A program made the translations under genes and the position numbers. The notes beneath the pieces were generated by a model that did not search any database, was not told where the DNA came from, and saw only the letters and a list, made by a program, of their open reading frames with translations. Positions 61,466 through 64,000 of a stretch of DNA of 64,000 nucleotides are shown piece by piece; position 1 is the stretch's first letter; each line of letters begins with the position of its first letter. Source of the DNA: an uncultured delta proteobacterium (GTDB lineage Bacteria > Myxococcota_A > UBA9160 > UBA4427); assembly GCA_963822965.1 (NCBI GenBank), contig CAWGJT010000005.1, positions 608,001 to 672,000 on the forward strand, written 5' to 3'.

Positions 61466-64000
61466 TCACCGGGGCGGGACGTGGAGCGCCAGAGCCAGGT
61501 CGTCTGCGATGCGCGCGCGCAGGCGTGCGCATCGCTCGATCTCCTCCAGCGCCAGGCGCACATTGCGCTCGGTGCCCTCGGGCGCGTCTTCGACCGACGC
61601 GAAGAAGGCTGCCACGCGTCGCCGGTCCGCCTCGTCGCACAGCCCCTCGGCGGCCCGGGGAAGCCCGGTCGCGGTCATGGGTCCGAGGCGCGCGACGATC
61701 TCCGGATAGCGCTCTTCGAGCCAGGTCCAGGCCACGCCGCGACGGCCGGCGGGCACGGACTGCAGCACCGAACGGGAATCCTGCGCCCGCAGGCCCCCGT
61801 CGATCAGCAGGTCGAGACTCCTCCGCAGCAGCTGCGTGTCCTCGAAGCTGCCCAGCGACGAGACGATCACCCCACGGACCGCGGGCGAGGGAGACGCGTG
61901 AAGGGCGCGGACCAGCCCGTTCCACAGCGCGGCGTCACCATTGCGGGCCGCCACGGGAAGCAACAGTGCCAGGGTCTCCTCGTCGACCGACCCCGGTGCC
62001 TCGAGGAAGCGCGCCGCCACCTCTCGAGCCGCGGCGCGGATCGCGGGATCGCGGCCCTCCGCCGCGAGGGGGAAGAGGACCGCGGCCCGACGCATGCGGG
62101 TGTCCACGGACTCGTCCGGGCCGGGACGGATTCCCGTACGCGCGATCTGCGGTGTCAGCAGCTCGCGCATCATGGCCGCAAGGGCGACCGCGACCGGCGA
62201 GTCGTCGGCGGCGATCCCCGCGTGGGCGAGATTGGAGAGCGAGCGCGCGACGCCTTCGACCACCTGACGGTGATCGTCGTCGGCGAGCGCGCGCAACGCC
62301 TCGAGATACGTGTCCACGGGCAGGAGGTCGGCTTCCAGCAGGGCCTCGTAGCCTCCCGGAAGCGCCACCCGTTCCGCCACGTCGAGCTCGTTCCGATACC
62401 GGGTAGCGAGGGCAAGCAGGCTCTCGGGGTCGAGGTTCCATCGGTAGTAGCCCCGTTCGCCGGCGTTCGGGTGCACCCAGCGTGGGCACTCGTCGAGCGC
62501 CGACAACACCACCACCTGCTGGCGGCCTTCGAGACGGAAGCACTCGCGCACCCGCGGCTGCGCCGGATCCGCGGGTCCGAGACCGACACAGACGGGCACG
62601 GTCCAGGGCCTTCCCACCGGAGCGTCGCTGCCGGCGGGCCGATAACGCGTCTGTCGCAGATGCAGCGACGGACGGGCTCCCGCCCGGCATACGAGCTCGA
62701 CGTCTACCAGGGGCGTGCCGGGCTGGTCCAGGAACGCACCCACCGTGTCGGCCACGGGCTGACCCGAAGAGCGCTCCAGGGCGGCCAGCAGGTCTCCGGT
62801 GCCTCCCGAGCCGTAGGCGTGCTCCGCCAGATAGGCCCGAACCCCGATGCGGAAGGCGTCCTCGCCGATCCAGGACTCCAGCATCCGCAACACGGCGGCT
62901 CCCTTGATGTAGGTGATGCCGTCGAACGCATTGTAGACGTCGCCGCCGTCCCGGATCGGCTGCCGGATCCGGCGGGCGTCGCGCTTCGAGTCCAGCCGCA
63001 TCGTGTATTGCGTGGAGGACACGACGTCGAGATCCGATTCGAGGGCGGGATCCACGTCGGCGAGCACCCGCGCGGCCATCCAGGTGGCGAACGACTCGTT
63101 GAGCCAGAGATCGTCCCACCAGGCCATCGTGACGAGATCCCCGTACCACATGTGCGAGAGCTCGTGGGCGATCACGGACTGCACGGCGGCGCGATCCCAG
63201 ACCGCGGCCGTCTCGGCGTCGAGCAGCAGCAGGCGCTCCCGGAAGGTCACCAGTCCGGCGTTCTCCATCGCGCCTGCGGCGAAGTTGGGGACCGCGACCA
63301 GGTCGAGCTTGGCGAACGGATAGGGTCGATCGAAGTAGTCGCCGAGCCAGCGCAGCACGAGGGGCGTCCGCTCGAGGGCATAGTGGGTGAGCCCTCCACG
63401 ACCCCGCACCGTCGCGACGCGGAGCGGAAGCGGCTCGTCTCCGGCGCCGGAGACGACCTCGAGGTCGCCCACCGCGAAGGCCACCAGGTAGGTGGGCAGG
63501 GGCTTCGTGTCGGCGAACACGTAGACCTCGCCTTCCGGCTCCACGCGGTGCGCGATCTGCGGTGCGTTGGCGAGCGCGAGCGCACCCCGAGGAACCCGTA
63601 GGCTGACCGCGAAGGGCGTCTTGAACTCGGGCTGGTCGAAGCACGGGAACGCCCGGCGCGCCTCCAGGGGCTCGAACTGGGTGAAGGCGTATCCGCTCCC
63701 CCCTTCGCGCACCCGGTAGAGACCGACGGGCGTCTCGAGGAGCGGGCCTTCGAACGAGAAGCGCAGCACGGCGGGACCGGCGGGCAGCGGGGCGTCGAGC
63801 GCCAGGGCCAGGGCGCCGTGCGGCCCCTGGGTCGCCGCGGCCGGACGCACGGAGCCGGCGGACTCGACGAGCGCCTCTCTCACGTCGAGGTCCGCCGCGT
63901 GGAGCAGGATCGTCCGCGTCGCCGCCGCTACGTCGACCCGGATCGTCGCCCGGCCGGAGAAGCGGTCCTGCTCCGGATCGATCCGAAGGTCGAGCGCATA
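61466..64000 (-). CDS. M1 family aminopeptidase with ERAP1-like C-terminus; 5' end beyond the window
   Basis: TQFEP.EARRAFPCFD.P.FK, GAMEN, HELSH.W.G.LVT..WW.DLWLNE, Y.KG. Confidence 0.95.
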   Translation of the reverse strand, partial: YALDLRIDPEQDRFSGRATIRVDVAAATRTILLHAADLDVREALVESAGSVRPAAATQGPHGALALALDAPLPAGPAVLRFSFEGPLLETPVGLYRVREGGSGYAFTQFEPLEARRAFPCFDQPEFKTPFAVSLRVPRGALALANAPQIAHRVEPEGEVYVFADTKPLPTYLVAFAVGDLEVVSGAGDEPLPLRVATVRGRGGLTHYALERTPLVLRWLGDYFDRPYPFAKLDLVAVPNFAAGAMENAGLVTFRERLLLLDAETAAVWDRAAVQSVIAHELSHMWYGDLVTMAWWDDLWLNESFATWMAARVLADVDPALESDLDVVSSTQYTMRLDSKRDARRIRQPIRDGGDVYNAFDGITYIKGAAVLRMLESWIGEDAFRIGVRAYLAEHAYGSGGTGDLLAALERSSGQPVADTVGAFLDQPGTPLVDVELVCRAGARPSLHLRQTRYRPAGSDAPVGRPWTVPVCVGLGPADPAQPRVRECFRLEGRQQVVVLSALDECPRWVHPNAGERGYYRWNLDPESLLALATRYRNELDVAERVALPGGYEALLEADLLPVDTYLEALRALADDDHRQVVEGVARSLSNLAHAGIAADDSPVAVALAAMMRELLTPQIARTGIRPGPDESVDTRMRRAAVLFPLAAEGRDPAIRAAAREVAARFLEAPGSVDEETLALLLPVAARNGDAALWNGLVRALHASPSPAVRGVIVSSLGSFEDTQLLRRSLDLLIDGGLRAQDSRSVLQSVPAGRRGVAWTWLEERYPEIVARLGPMTATGLPRAAEGLCDEADRRRVAAFFASVEDAPEGTERNVRLALEEIERCARLRARIADDLALALHVPPR

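Noticed and set aside
57987..63601. Very long opposite-strand ORFs (917 aa, 876 aa, and similar ones elsewhere)
   Set aside because: Shadow ORFs opposite well-supported genes, expected at this GC content and lacking motifs.

Overview
High-GC chromosomal window from a diderm bacterium. Outer-membrane barrels, lipoproteins, a PEP-CTERM protein and many acyl-CoA dehydrogenases suggest a Myxococcota/deltaproteobacteria-like genome (inference only). It contains about 50 genes, many split by single-base frameshifts typical of uncorrected long-read assembly. Metabolic and housekeeping content includes acyl-CoA dehydrogenases, glpD, amtB-glnK, uup, a CoA ligase/LLM oxidoreductase/phosphotriesterase group, polB, an amidase and an M1 aminopeptidase. 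Notable loci: (1) an igr-like steroid side-chain cluster behind an exact KstR-type operator; (2) an AglB/STT3-type oligosaccharyltransferase with an altered WWDYG motif, divergent from a GT-C glycosyltransferase; (3) a cyclophilin-like + FGE-domain PEP-CTERM protein; (4) a porin / FMN-binding / membrane protein / apbE flavinylation operon behind Fur-like boxes; (5) selD with an in-frame UGA and a SECIS-like hairpin. The non-coding DNA is unusually structured: a 10 x 101-104 bp double-hairpin array preceded by a multi-helix element and a two-zinc-finger orphan gene, two related palindromic arrays (84 bp and 62 bp), two promoter-to-terminator units without a convincing ORF (candidate ncRNAs), and short tandem repeats copying gene start or stop ends. 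No rRNA, tRNA, CRISPR array or transposase was recognised.
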